The notes below the pieces were generated by a model. That model had not been told where the DNA came from and ran no database searches. It saw only the letters and a list, made by a program, of their open reading frames with translations. 64,000 bases of DNA from Lachnospiraceae bacterium (GTDB lineage Bacteria > Bacillota > Clostridia > Lachnospirales > Lachnospiraceae). The stretch spans positions 1,636-65,635 of the forward strand of contig JAZQQJ010000025.1 in NCBI GenBank assembly GCA_045629005.1, given 5' to 3'. Shown piece by piece: positions 1-9,305 of the stretch (positions are counted from its first letter, which is position 1; each line of letters opens with the position of its first letter). Made by a program: the position numbers and the translations under genes.

Positions 1-634
1 TGACCGTATATCCGAATGGAATCACGGACAATGAAAAAACGGTGTGTCTCATCAATATGCTGAATAAATGCCCGGAGCTAATTGAGATAAATATCAAAAG
101 AGCGGGGATTATCGTGTGATGTGAAAATCTTTTCTTGGAACGTGCGGCATAAATCCAGACTCCGAGTGCAATCAGTAAATACATAACCTGCACACTCATG
201 CAGAAATAGAAACCCGGCCCCCTTGTCCACCTGATTCCCGAAATACCACCGCTTGTGTAATAATAAGCAGTTTTATAGAAAACTCCCTTATCTCCCTGGA
301 ACCATGCAAGCGCAAGCGAAATACCGGAAATAACGGCTAGTGTGATTCTGCAAAAATCGTTCATACGGAAACCGCATATTCGACACCAGACAATAACAAG
401 AGCCAACGGCATAAAGCACACCGAAATAAAGGTGATTCTGTTTCCAAGCATAGCCATTTCCGTTCCGGTCGAAAGAATAACGCACAATGCGCCCACGTTC
501 TCGGTAACAACAAGAAGCGACGCACATAAATGGTAAATGTTGTGCTTTTTCGTTACAACCGCAAGTGAAAGGAAATAAAAAACCGAAATCACAAACGAAA
601 TGAAATATAAGGTTTTTATCAATTCTGCTGTCAT
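1..634 (-). CDS. Multi-pass membrane protein, N-terminal ~211 aa only (3' end beyond left edge); possibly a 7TM sensor input domain
   Basis: Absent from the ORF track because no stop lies in the window. The minus-strand frame from ATG 634..632 (MTAELIKTLYFISFVISVFYFLSLAVV...IPFGYTV) has no in-frame stop down to base 2 by manual scan. It has 6-7 hydrophobic spans. The family assignment is a guess. Confidence 0.5.
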   Translation of the reverse strand, partial: MTAELIKTLYFISFVISVFYFLSLAVVTKKHNIYHLCASLLVVTENVGALCVILSTGTEMAMLGNRITFISVCFMPLALVIVWCRICGFRMNDFCRITLAVISGISLALAWFQGDKGVFYKTAYYYTSGGISGIRWTRGPGFYFCMSVQVMYLLIALGVWIYAARSKKRFSHHTIIPALLIFISISSGHLFSILMRHTVFSLSVIPFGYTV

Positions 635-891
635 TAAAAACCTTTCGAATAAGGGCAATACCCCATAATTAAACCCATTTTAGCAATTCATCCCCGACTA
701 ATCAATAAACTGACTATAAAGAACGTCCTTAAATACTATATTATTGCGGTTATTTGCGAATGTTGTTCGTTAAAAGGTTGTCATTCTTTTTGAGACATTT
801 CGGTTGTATTTTAGTAATTATTAAGATATTATTAATTTAATATGGCTTTTTATTCAAAAAGCAATTTTTGTACATCCAGAGGAGGGTATGT

Positions 892-2223
892 ATGAGTTTT
901 TCAAAGGGCGGAGTTCACGTTCCGCATAACAAAAATACAGCAAACCTGCCGCCGGTCAGACTTAGTGTTCCGAAGAGGATTCTGCTCCCCGTTTCGATGC
1001 ACATCGGACGTCCCGCAAATCCTGTTGTTAAGCCCGGAGATCATGTCGATGTCGGCACCCTTGTGTGTGAAAGCACAGGTCCCGTCTCCAGTCCTATTTT
1101 TTCCGGTGTTTCGGGAACAGTTAAGAGGCTTGATAACATTCGTGTTTCATCAGGCACCTTCTGTCAGGCTGTGCTCATTGAATCAGACGGTCAACAGACA
1201 ACCGATCCCGGCATTAAGCCACCTGTTGTCACAGATTATGCTTCCTTCATCGAAGCAGTCAGAAACAGCGGTATTGTCGGTCTTGGCGGTGCAGGCTTCC
1301 CTACAGCCGTAAAGCTTGACGTTAAAGATACTTCCAAGATTCAGGAGCTCGTCATTAACGCAGCCGAGTGTGAGCCTTTCATTACAAGTGACACACGCAC
1401 CATGCTTGATGACGCCGAATCCGTTGTTGAGGGCGTAAAGCTTTTCGAAAAATACCTTGATGTTAAGAAGGTTCTTATCGGTATTGAAAAGAACAAGCCC
1501 GAAGCAATCGCCAAGATGAAAGAAGTGTTTGCAGATGACAAAGCGGTTACAGTCGTTACTCTTCCGGGTCTCTACCCCCAGGGTGCTGAAAAAGTCATCA
1601 TTCGCAATACTACAGGAAAAGTTGTTCCCGCAGGAAAGCTTCCCATCGATGTCGGCTGCATAGTATGCAACGTTACGACAATGGCAGCAATAGCCCGTTA
1701 CATAAAAACAGGTATGCCTCTTGTTGAAAAATGCATAACAATCGACGGAAGTGCCGTTGAAAAGCCCGGTAACTACATCGTTCCCGTAGGCACTCTCATC
1801 AGCGATATCTTCGAAGAGCTCGGTATTGACCCCGAGAAAGCAGGCAAAGTTCTTTATGGCGGTCCTATGATGGGCATTTCCATTCCCGAGCTTCAGTTTG
1901 CTCCTATTCTTAAAAACACAAATGCTGTTACCGTCATGAACGTTAAGGACGGAACGCAGCCCGCAGCTACACAGTGCATACACTGCGGCAAGTGTGCATC
2001 ACACTGCCCGATGCATCTCACCACTTTTGCAATTGCAAAAGCATACGAAAAGAACGATGTCGAGGAGCTTACAAAGCTTCGTGTTGACATATGCTGCGAG
2101 TGCGGATGCTGTTCATTCATATGCCCCGCAAAGCGTCCTCTCGTAGAAATCAACAAGATTTCCAAGGGAATGGTTCGCGAGTGGCAGCAGAAACAAAAGC
2201 AGAAGGAGGCTGAAAAGAAATGA
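892..2223 (+). CDS. rnfC: Rnf electron-transport complex subunit C
   Basis: Track ORF is 868..2223 (TTG). I prefer ATG 892, which sits 5-6 nt after AGAGGAGGG. Contains a GGAGFPT motif and two 4Fe-4S motifs (CIHCGKCASHCP, CCECGCCSFICP). First gene of a canonical C-D-G-E-A-B order. Confidence 0.9.
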   Translation: MSFSKGGVHVPHNKNTANLPPVRLSVPKRILLPVSMHIGRPANPVVKPGDHVDVGTLVCESTGPVSSPIFSGVSGTVKRLDNIRVSSGTFCQAVLIESDGQQTTDPGIKPPVVTDYASFIEAVRNSGIVGLGGAGFPTAVKLDVKDTSKIQELVINAAECEPFITSDTRTMLDDAESVVEGVKLFEKYLDVKKVLIGIEKNKPEAIAKMKEVFADDKAVTVVTLPGLYPQGAEKVIIRNTTGKVVPAGKLPIDVGCIVCNVTTMAAIARYIKTGMPLVEKCITIDGSAVEKPGNYIVPVGTLISDIFEELGIDPEKAGKVLYGGPMMGISIPELQFAPILKNTNAVTVMNVKDGTQPAATQCIHCGKCASHCPMHLTTFAIAKAYEKNDVEELTKLRVDICCECGCCSFICPAKRPLVEINKISKGMVREWQQKQKQKEAEKK

Positions 2224-3143
2224 GTAACAAACTTCATATTTCGGTTTCGCCGCATTTCCACAGCCCCGTAACCACACAGTCCATTATGTTCTGCGTTATA
2301 CTGTCACTTCTTCCTACAACCATCGCAGGAACAATCATCTACGGTGTCAGAAGTCTTGCTGTTATAGCAACATGCGTAGGCTTCGCAGTACTTGCAGAAT
2401 ACATCTTCAATAAAATCGCAAAGAAGGCAACAACCATTTCCGACTTAAGTGCGGTTGTCACAGGACTTCTTCTTGCACTTACCATACCGGCTAACATTCC
2501 TCTCTGGCAGGCTGCCATCGGTGCAATCTTCGCCATAGTATTTGTAAAGGGAGTGTTCGGCGGCATCGGTCAGAACTTTGCAAACCCCGCTATCACAGCC
2601 CGAATCTTCATGCTCATTGCGTTCGGCGAAATGGCAAAGGGTGCTTTCCCTACAGTCGATACCGTTTCAACAGCTACACCGCTTGTTGATCTCGAAGCCG
2701 GCAAAGCATTCGATACATTAATGCTTTTCCTCGGAAACCGCGGCGGTGCCATCGGCGAGTCCTGCACACTTGCACTCATTATCGGCGGCCTTTTCCTTAT
2801 TGCGGTTAAGGTTATCACATGGCATACACCCGTTGCCTACATCGGAACGGTATTTGTATTCACACTCATCCTTACCGGTGATGTAAGTCTTGCACTTCAG
2901 TTCACAATGGCAGGCGGTCTCTTCATCGGTGCCATCTTCATGGCTACAGATTACGCAACAACACCTTTCACTCCTCTCGGAAAGATTATCTTTGGTGTCG
3001 GTGCAGGACTTATTACCGTTATGATTCGTCAGTACGGCAACTACCCCGAGGGCGTAAGCTTTGCAATACTTCTTATGAACATCCTCACTCCTTACATTGA
3101 CAAATGGACGGAGAAAAAACCGTTTGGAGGTGAAGCAAAATGA
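2220..3143 (+). CDS. rnfD: Rnf complex subunit D (polytopic, flavin-binding)
   Basis: ATGA overlap with rnfC. Polytopic membrane protein with an STATPL flavin-attachment-type motif and MATDYATTP. Confidence 0.9.
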   Translation: MSNKLHISVSPHFHSPVTTQSIMFCVILSLLPTTIAGTIIYGVRSLAVIATCVGFAVLAEYIFNKIAKKATTISDLSAVVTGLLLALTIPANIPLWQAAIGAIFAIVFVKGVFGGIGQNFANPAITARIFMLIAFGEMAKGAFPTVDTVSTATPLVDLEAGKAFDTLMLFLGNRGGAIGESCTLALIIGGLFLIAVKVITWHTPVAYIGTVFVFTLILTGDVSLALQFTMAGGLFIGAIFMATDYATTPFTPLGKIIFGVGAGLITVMIRQYGNYPEGVSFAILLMNILTPYIDKWTEKKPFGGEAK

Positions 3144-3640
3144 AAAAATCACTTTCAAGCGTAATCGTGCTCACACTCATCTGTCTCATTTCCGCTGTTG
3201 TACTTTCGGTAACAAACGGAATAACAGCTCCCATCATTGCCGAGACAGAAAAGAAAGCCACACAGGAAGCTCTCCTTGTTGTTTATCCCGACGGAGGCAG
3301 TTTCGAGGAACTTTCTGTTGACAGTCTCAGCCTTCCTTCATCCGTTATTGCTGCTTACAAAGCATCCGAAGGCGGCTATGTTTTCAAAATGAACACAACA
3401 GGTTATTCATCCGGACTTCAGATTCTCTGTGGTGTTGACTCAAACGGCAATGTTACGGGTGCCAAGTGCCTTGCTTCTTCCGAAACTCTCGGCTACGAAA
3501 AGACATACGGCGACAGTTTCAAGGGTGTCGGTGCAGGAAGCGTTGACAGCATCGATACAATCGCCGGCGCAACAAAAACAACAACCGCCTACAAAAAGGC
3601 AATTAAAGACGCTCTCAGTTCCTGGGATGCATTAAAGTAG
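3140..3640 (+). CDS. rnfG: Rnf complex subunit G (FMN-binding)
   Basis: Overlaps the rnfD stop. Has one N-terminal TM helix and a C-terminal FMN_bind-type motif (IAGATKTTTAY). Confidence 0.85.
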   Translation: MKKSLSSVIVLTLICLISAVVLSVTNGITAPIIAETEKKATQEALLVVYPDGGSFEELSVDSLSLPSSVIAAYKASEGGYVFKMNTTGYSSGLQILCGVDSNGNVTGAKCLASSETLGYEKTYGDSFKGVGAGSVDSIDTIAGATKTTTAYKKAIKDALSSWDALK

Positions 3641-3650
3641 GGGGTACGAA

Positions 3651-4352
3651 ATGGAAAAGAATAATAAGCTTTCACTAATCACAAACGGCTTCTTAAAAGA
3701 AAATCCCGTTTTCGTGCTCGTTCTCGGAACATGTCCGACACTTGCCACAACCACGGGTGTCATCGGAGCCGTCAGCATGGGTCTCGCCGCAACGGCAGTT
3801 CTCATCTGTTCAAACTTCGCAATATCACTTCTTCGTAAGGTAATTCCCGACAAAGTCAGAATTCCCTGTTACATTGTAATCATCGCTGCGTTCGTTACAG
3901 TAGTTCAGATGCTTATGCATGCATATCTTCCTGACCTCTACGAGCTCCTCGGTGTTTACCTTGCACTTATCACCGTTAACTGCATCATCCTTGGCAGAGC
4001 CGAGATGTTCGCAAGTAAGAACGCACCTCTTGATTCCGCGCTGGACGGTCTGGGTATGGGCCTTGGCTTTACCATTGCTCTTCTCTGTATGTCCACAATA
4101 CGTGAAGTACTTGGTGCAGGTTCCTTTGCAGGCATTGAAATTCCTTTCATCAAGGATCACACAATCAACTTCCTTGTTAAGAGCCCGGGTGGCTTCCTAG
4201 TTTTCGGTATAATGATTGCCATTGTTACAGTCATTACTACAAAGCAGGGTAAGAAAGCACCGACTCTCGGATGTGCAGGATGTCCCGCCGCTGCCACATG
4301 TGGTGCCGTAAACAAAGACATCTGTAACGAAGCCGGAAAGGAGGACAAATAA
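3651..4352 (+). CDS. rnfE: Rnf complex subunit E
   Basis: NPVFVLVLGTCPTLATT signature shared by RnfE/NqrD. Polytopic. Carries an extra Cys-rich C-terminal tail (see findings). Confidence 0.9.
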   Translation: MEKNNKLSLITNGFLKENPVFVLVLGTCPTLATTTGVIGAVSMGLAATAVLICSNFAISLLRKVIPDKVRIPCYIVIIAAFVTVVQMLMHAYLPDLYELLGVYLALITVNCIILGRAEMFASKNAPLDSALDGLGMGLGFTIALLCMSTIREVLGAGSFAGIEIPFIKDHTINFLVKSPGGFLVFGIMIAIVTVITTKQGKKAPTLGCAGCPAAATCGAVNKDICNEAGKEDK

Positions 4353-4946
4353 ATGTTTAAAGAATTAGTCATCATCTTAATGACGTCAGTTCTCGTTAAC
4401 AACTACGTCCTTTCCCGTTTCCTTGGCATTTGCCCTTTCCTCGGCGTTTCCAAAAAGCTTGATCAGGCTTTCGGTATGGGTGTATCGGTTATATTCGTTA
4501 TGCTCGTTGCCACAGCTGCAACATGGCCCATTCAGTATTATGTTCTGAATCCTTCAGGCCTTGAATACCTTCAGACAATCGTATTCATCCTCGTTATTGC
4601 AGCACTTGTTCAGTTCATTGAAATCGTTTTGAAGAAATACATCCCCGGTCTCCACAAGAGCCTCGGCGTATATCTTCCCCTTATTACTACAAACTGTGCA
4701 GTTCTCGGTGTCACAATCAACAACATCACCGATGGCTACAATTTCCTTGAGTCAATGGTTTCCTCACTCGGATGCGGACTCGGATTCCTCCTTGCAATGG
4801 TTCTTTTCGCAGGTGTTCGTTCAAAGCTTGATGCTCCTTCAACACCTAAGGCATTCAAGGGCCTTCCTTCCACTCTGATTGCTGCCTCCATCGTTTCCAT
4901 GGCTTTCATGGGCTTCGCAGGCATCATTGACAATCTGTTTAAGTAG
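4353..4946 (+). CDS. rnfA: Rnf complex subunit A
   Basis: Starts directly after the rnfE stop. NNYVLSRFLGICPFLGVS and ITTNCAVLGV motifs are typical of RnfA/NqrE. Confidence 0.9.
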   Translation: MFKELVIILMTSVLVNNYVLSRFLGICPFLGVSKKLDQAFGMGVSVIFVMLVATAATWPIQYYVLNPSGLEYLQTIVFILVIAALVQFIEIVLKKYIPGLHKSLGVYLPLITTNCAVLGVTINNITDGYNFLESMVSSLGCGLGFLLAMVLFAGVRSKLDAPSTPKAFKGLPSTLIAASIVSMAFMGFAGIIDNLFK

Positions 4947-4958
4947 GAGGTGCCGCAA

Positions 4959-5792
4959 ATGGATTTTAAAGCTATTTTAATTGCGGTTCTCGTTGTTGCC
5001 GTAATCGGACTTGTTTGTGCAATTGTTCTTGCACTTGCTTCTCACTTTATGGAGGTTAAGGTTGACGAGCGTTTCACAATAGCTCGTGAATGCCTCCCCG
5101 GCGCCAACTGCGGTGCCTGCGGCTACACCGGCTGTGACGGTTACGCTCAGGCTCTTGCTTCCGGCGAAATGGAAATGACAAACCTTTGCGTTCCCGGCGG
5201 TGACAAGGCTGCTAAAGCTCTTTCAGAAGCTCTTGGCCTCGCATTCTCGGACGTTGAAGAAAAAGTCGCATACGTTCACTGTAACGGTAACTGCGATGAT
5301 TCCAAAAACAAAGCAAATTATGACGGAATTAAAAACTGTCATTCAGCCGCTCTTATCTATGGCGGTCCCGAAGCTTGCGTTTACGGTTGCTTAGGATTCG
5401 GCGATTGTGCCGCTGTATGTCCCGAAAACGCAATCTGCATGGATGCAGGCATTGCTAAAATCGATATCAGAAAATGTGCAGGCTGCGGCCTTTGTGCAAA
5501 GACATGTCCCAAGCACATCATTTCCATCATTCCCGTCAAGGCTAAGACACTTGTTCAGTGCTCCAGCCAGGCAAAGGGTGCTGACACCCGTAAGGAATGT
5601 ATGGTCGGCTGTATCGGTTGTAAGAAGTGCGAGCTTAACTGCCCTTCAGGTGCAGTCAAGGTTGTCAACAATCTCGCACAGATTAATTACACTCTCTGTA
5701 CCGATTGTGGAAAGTGCGCAGAAGTATGTCCTGTCGGCTGCATGAAGATTGCAGACTTCTCAACATCACTCGGCGCAAGCAGAGCACTGTAA
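4959..5792 (+). CDS. rnfB: Rnf complex subunit B (polyferredoxin)
   Basis: Track start is GTG 4950, but ATG 4959 lies 7 nt after AGGAGG. Has an N-terminal TM helix, a CGACGYTGCDGYA cluster, then several CxxCxxCxxxCP ferredoxin motifs. Confidence 0.9.
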   Translation: MDFKAILIAVLVVAVIGLVCAIVLALASHFMEVKVDERFTIARECLPGANCGACGYTGCDGYAQALASGEMEMTNLCVPGGDKAAKALSEALGLAFSDVEEKVAYVHCNGNCDDSKNKANYDGIKNCHSAALIYGGPEACVYGCLGFGDCAAVCPENAICMDAGIAKIDIRKCAGCGLCAKTCPKHIISIIPVKAKTLVQCSSQAKGADTRKECMVGCIGCKKCELNCPSGAVKVVNNLAQINYTLCTDCGKCAEVCPVGCMKIADFSTSLGASRAL

Positions 5793-5836
5793 ATCAACCT
5801 GCATAAGCATTCACGTTTGTTCAAGTAAAATATGGT

Positions 5837-5881
5837 TAAAAAAAGTGGGTGAATCCAATTCTAGGATTCATCCACTTTTTA
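5837..5881. terminator. Bidirectional intrinsic terminator between rnfB and the nitroreductase gene
   Basis: A-run, then a 13-bp stem 5844-5856/5864-5876 (AGTGGGTGAATCC / GGATTCATCCACT, one G-U pair), then TTTTT at 5877-5881. Sits between convergent genes. Confidence 0.75.
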
Positions 5882-5896
5882 TAAACAAACTTTTTC

Positions 5897-6466
5897 TTAG
5901 AAGTACCTCACAACTTCTTCAAGTTTTTTCTTCGGTACACAGTAATCTTTATTTTCGTCAAGATAGTATTTAAGGCTTCCGTCCATTACAGGAACAATTG
6001 TACTCTTGTGGGAAGGAAAGCCGAAAGCTATCATCGTGTGAAGCTTATCTGTTTCCTTCAGGCAGAAAAGTTCTGAAAGCTGTGGTCTGTCGATTGCGCC
6101 CATTATGCAGCTTCCGACACCTTTTGCCCACGCTGCGGTTGTCATGTTCGCAATGGCTATGCCTGCGTCGGTATCGTTCCCCTGTGCTGCAAGGTCCTCA
6201 ATAACAGCTACAAAGAGAGTCGGAATCTCATTTTCCTTCGGTGTGCCAAGCTCTTTGGGAAGAGCTGCTGCCCAATAAACAAGGCCGTTAACTTTCTTTA
6301 CGTCTTCAGGCTTGTTTACAACGATGTAGTTAAGAGCCTGTCTGTTTGCACCGCAATTGGCAATGCGTGCACTCTCCAGAATGTCATCAAGCACGTCCTG
6401 AGGAACAGCCTTTTGCTCAAATCTTCTGTATGTTCTTCTTGTTTCAAGCAATTGCATTATATCCAT
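5897..6466 (-). CDS. Nitroreductase-family flavoprotein
   Basis: 189 aa. The N-terminal RRTYRRF motif and overall length/pattern are typical of the NfsB/FRase nitroreductase fold. Confidence 0.7.
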   Translation of the reverse strand: MDIMQLLETRRTYRRFEQKAVPQDVLDDILESARIANCGANRQALNYIVVNKPEDVKKVNGLVYWAAALPKELGTPKENEIPTLFVAVIEDLAAQGNDTDAGIAIANMTTAAWAKGVGSCIMGAIDRPQLSELFCLKETDKLHTMIAFGFPSHKSTIVPVMDGSLKYYLDENKDYCVPKKKLEEVVRYF

Positions 6467-6468
6467 AA

Positions 6469-7743
6469 TCAGTCCTCCTCATATGTTCCGCCGGGATAAA
6501 GTGTTGAAGAATACAGTCTCCTTATCTGTTCAAGCGGTTTTCCGGAAGGTGCTGTGGCCATATCGTATGCCGTTCCCGCATAAATCCATGCTGTATCGGC
6601 GCTGTAGACAATTACGTCTTCTTTTCCTCTTCCGAAAAGGTCTGCATGAAGAACATATCCTTCATTGGGGAAGTTAACAACCTTATCACCCTGCGCGTTG
6701 TAAAGGCCGGGCATAACACCGCCGCCTCTTCTGTAGGCAAGAATGTAATCCTTTCCTTCTCCGTTCCAGTTTCTGAACGTATCAACAATGGTAAGCCAGC
6801 CCTTAGTCTTGCGGTCTTCCTTCCAAAGGCCCTTTCCATCGGAACCTATAAGGAACATGCCGTCCTTTCCGTCCCACTGTCCTTTGTAGCCGTCGCCCCT
6901 TTGAATACGGTCGAGGCCTGCCACTTGGAGCCCCTTGCCTTCGTCAATAAAACGGCCCGGTGCAATATGCTGGGATTCTATTGAATCCTCGTAGCGCCAA
7001 AGTTCATTACCATCTGCATCATAAAGACATGTAACGCTGCCGCCGACGCATATTTCTTTCCTGCCATCGCCGTTAATGTCTGCCGTCCACAGGCAATCGG
7101 CGTGATCCTCAAGATTCTTGCAGGACCACATAAGCTTTCCGTTATGGTCAAGCATATCATAGCCCGCCATTACTTCATCAAAGCCATCACCGTTAATGTC
7201 ATATGCCCACGGGAAATGACCAAGATTGCCATCATGAGTCCAAAGAAGATTAAAGTCGTTGTCCATGGCCCACATATGGAAATATCTGTCTTTCAGAATA
7301 ATGTCCCCGGGATGGGATTTTCCGGAAATATTGCAGATAATAATGCAGTCATGCGCCTCATCCGAAGGAAGCGGATAATCTTTCTTTGTTGCGCCCGTTT
7401 TACCGTCAAGGACGAGAAACCGCTTATTCATAACGCAGAGCACTTCAAGTTTTCCGTCGTTATCAAAATCATAAACCTGTGCAGGAAAGTCCGAACCGAA
7501 GTTTCCCGGCTTTTCAGAGGGCGTACCCTTCTGCCACATCATCTCGCCTGTAAGCCTGTACGCTGTAACGCAGACAATCTGGTGAGGAACATATCTGTCG
7601 TCGATATCACCGTCTGCCTGCACCATAACAAGCTCCATGCGTCCGTCACCGTCTATGTCGCCAAGCAGGCCCTTGCTGCCTTTAGCGGCAGACAAATCAA
7701 TTTTACCAAGTTCAATAGCATCCATCATTATCACCTTGCGCAA
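6469..7743 (-). CDS. FG-GAP/VCBS-like repeat beta-propeller protein, apparently cytoplasmic
   Basis: Repeated DxDxDG-type loops (DIDGDGRMEL, DFDNDGKLEV, DINGDGFDEV, DINGDGRKEI). No signal peptide seen. Function unknown. Confidence 0.5.
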   Translation of the reverse strand: MRKVIMMDAIELGKIDLSAAKGSKGLLGDIDGDGRMELVMVQADGDIDDRYVPHQIVCVTAYRLTGEMMWQKGTPSEKPGNFGSDFPAQVYDFDNDGKLEVLCVMNKRFLVLDGKTGATKKDYPLPSDEAHDCIIICNISGKSHPGDIILKDRYFHMWAMDNDFNLLWTHDGNLGHFPWAYDINGDGFDEVMAGYDMLDHNGKLMWSCKNLEDHADCLWTADINGDGRKEICVGGSVTCLYDADGNELWRYEDSIESQHIAPGRFIDEGKGLQVAGLDRIQRGDGYKGQWDGKDGMFLIGSDGKGLWKEDRKTKGWLTIVDTFRNWNGEGKDYILAYRRGGGVMPGLYNAQGDKVVNFPNEGYVLHADLFGRGKEDVIVYSADTAWIYAGTAYDMATAPSGKPLEQIRRLYSSTLYPGGTYEED

Positions 7744-7754
7744 AGAATTAGTTT

Positions 7755-9305
7755 TTATCGACTCAGCCTTACAGCCACAAAGCTGCCGGACTTAAGTATA
7801 ACATCCGTAGCATCGGCACTGACATCACCTATTGAAAATACAATGTCTCCACATACGGAATAAGTCTTTTCTTTGTTTGTCGGATTAACAACCATTACAA
7901 GACTTCCACGCTTGTAAGCAAGGGGCTCACGGCTTAAAAGCTCCAGGTTGTCATTATCGGTAAGCTCAGGATTCTCATGTCTGAAGGCAGTAATCTTCCT
8001 GAAAACATTCAAAAGGGAATCTGAATCTTTCTCTTCTGCTTCAACATTCACCGACTTGTAGTTTTCTTTATCGATCGGAAGGTAAAGCTTATCCTCCGAA
8101 GCCACTGAAAAGCCTGCGTTAACAGACGAGTTCCACTGCATGGGAGTTCTTGTACCGGTTCTTGTGAAGCCTCCTTCCTTCGTAGGCATTCCGTCAATGT
8201 ATCTCATGCCGATTTCGTCACCGTAGTACATAAAAGGAGTTCCCGGAAGCGTAAAGAAAAATGCATAGAAGAGCTTTGCTTCTTCATCATTCAGAACAGG
8301 CTGTATGCGAGGTGTGTCGTGGTTACCTGTTATAAGCGCAATATAGCCCTTTCCTTTGCTTTGTTCATACAAAGACATGTAATCGTTAAGGAACTTCTCG
8401 GCAGAGCCGTTCCTGGCCATTTTTCTAAAATAACTGTTGTCCTCACCGCCTTCATGGTCGGAATATTCTCTTACAAGCTGCTTATAACCGCTGCCCCACC
8501 AATCCAGAAGGAAGTCCATATCAAAGCCCGCATCAAGTGATTCGTTCGGACGTCCCCACTCGGAAACAAAAGCCGCCTCGGGATATTTGGTATGAACACG
8601 TCCAAGAATGTCCTGCCATACTTTTATTGTACCGGACTTATGTTCGTCATCACGTTTAATGAGAGAGTCCGCCATATCCACGCGGAAACCGTCACAGCCC
8701 TTTTCGAGCCAGAAGCAAATAATGTCAAAAACCGCCTCTCTTGTTGCAAGACAGGCAGGGTCATCCATAGATTTCTGCCAAGGCTTCTCAGGCTTCAGAA
8801 AACCATAATTCAACGCAGGCTGACATTTAAAAAAGTTCGTAATGTAAGCTCCGTCACGAGGTGCCTCGCCGGCCACGAAATTAAGACCATCCCCGCCCTC
8901 AAGCCAGAAGCCTGTCCAAATGTACCTGTCGGAGAATTCATTCTTCTCAGCCTTACAGCTTTCCTTAAACCAGGCATGTTCCTCGGAAGTGTGTCCCGGT
9001 ACAAGGTCAAGAATAATATGCATATCACGTTTATGCACTTCCTCAAAAAGATGAACAAGATCAGCCTCGGTACCGTAACGGTCAGCAACCTTTTTATAAT
9101 CCCTTACATCGTAACCTGCATCCTTAAAAGGGGAGTCATAACAGGGATTCATCCATATCGCATTACATCCAAGCGATTTAATATAATCAAGCTTCTCTGT
9201 AATACCGTTAAAATCGCCTATTCCGTCGCCGTTTGAATCATAAAAGCTCTGCGGATATATCTCGTAAAAAACCGCATCCTTAAGCCAGTTTGCCATATTT
9301 CCCAC
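7755..9305 (-). CDS. GH13 alpha-glucosidase / oligo-1,6-glucosidase-like enzyme
   Basis: GH13 conserved regions DLVPGH, GFRVDMAD, SEWG and GNHDTPR. N-terminus reads WLKDAVFYEIYPQSFYDSNGDGIGDF. The start may be the 4th codon (ATG 9296). Confidence 0.85.
   Translation of the reverse strand: MGNMANWLKDAVFYEIYPQSFYDSNGDGIGDFNGITEKLDYIKSLGCNAIWMNPCYDSPFKDAGYDVRDYKKVADRYGTEADLVHLFEEVHKRDMHIILDLVPGHTSEEHAWFKESCKAEKNEFSDRYIWTGFWLEGGDGLNFVAGEAPRDGAYITNFFKCQPALNYGFLKPEKPWQKSMDDPACLATREAVFDIICFWLEKGCDGFRVDMADSLIKRDDEHKSGTIKVWQDILGRVHTKYPEAAFVSEWGRPNESLDAGFDMDFLLDWWGSGYKQLVREYSDHEGGEDNSYFRKMARNGSAEKFLNDYMSLYEQSKGKGYIALITGNHDTPRIQPVLNDEEAKLFYAFFFTLPGTPFMYYGDEIGMRYIDGMPTKEGGFTRTGTRTPMQWNSSVNAGFSVASEDKLYLPIDKENYKSVNVEAEEKDSDSLLNVFRKITAFRHENPELTDNDNLELLSREPLAYKRGSLVMVVNPTNKEKTYSVCGDIVFSIGDVSADATDVILKSGSFVAVRLSR

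Noticed and set aside
288-536. Track ORFs 288..527(-) and 342..536(+) as genes
   Set aside because: Both lie in other frames inside the longer open minus-strand frame 634..1. That frame encodes a coherent multi-TM protein with a start codon at 634. The short ORFs have odd composition and no RBS.
1183-1983. 266-aa antisense ORF inside rnfC
   Set aside because: It is completely embedded opposite a gene with unmistakable RnfC motifs. It is Cys/Asn/Phe-rich, has no RBS, and is a typical shadow ORF.
7102-7863. 253-aa plus-strand ORF. The same reasoning covers 8592..9236, 11117..12019, 17406..18173, 28981..29670, 53322..53873 and 22833..23342.
   Set aside because: All are antisense to well-supported genes (FG-GAP/GH13, RsmJ-like, SGNH, nucleotidase, GH5, ABC). 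None has a recognisable motif or a ribosome-binding site.
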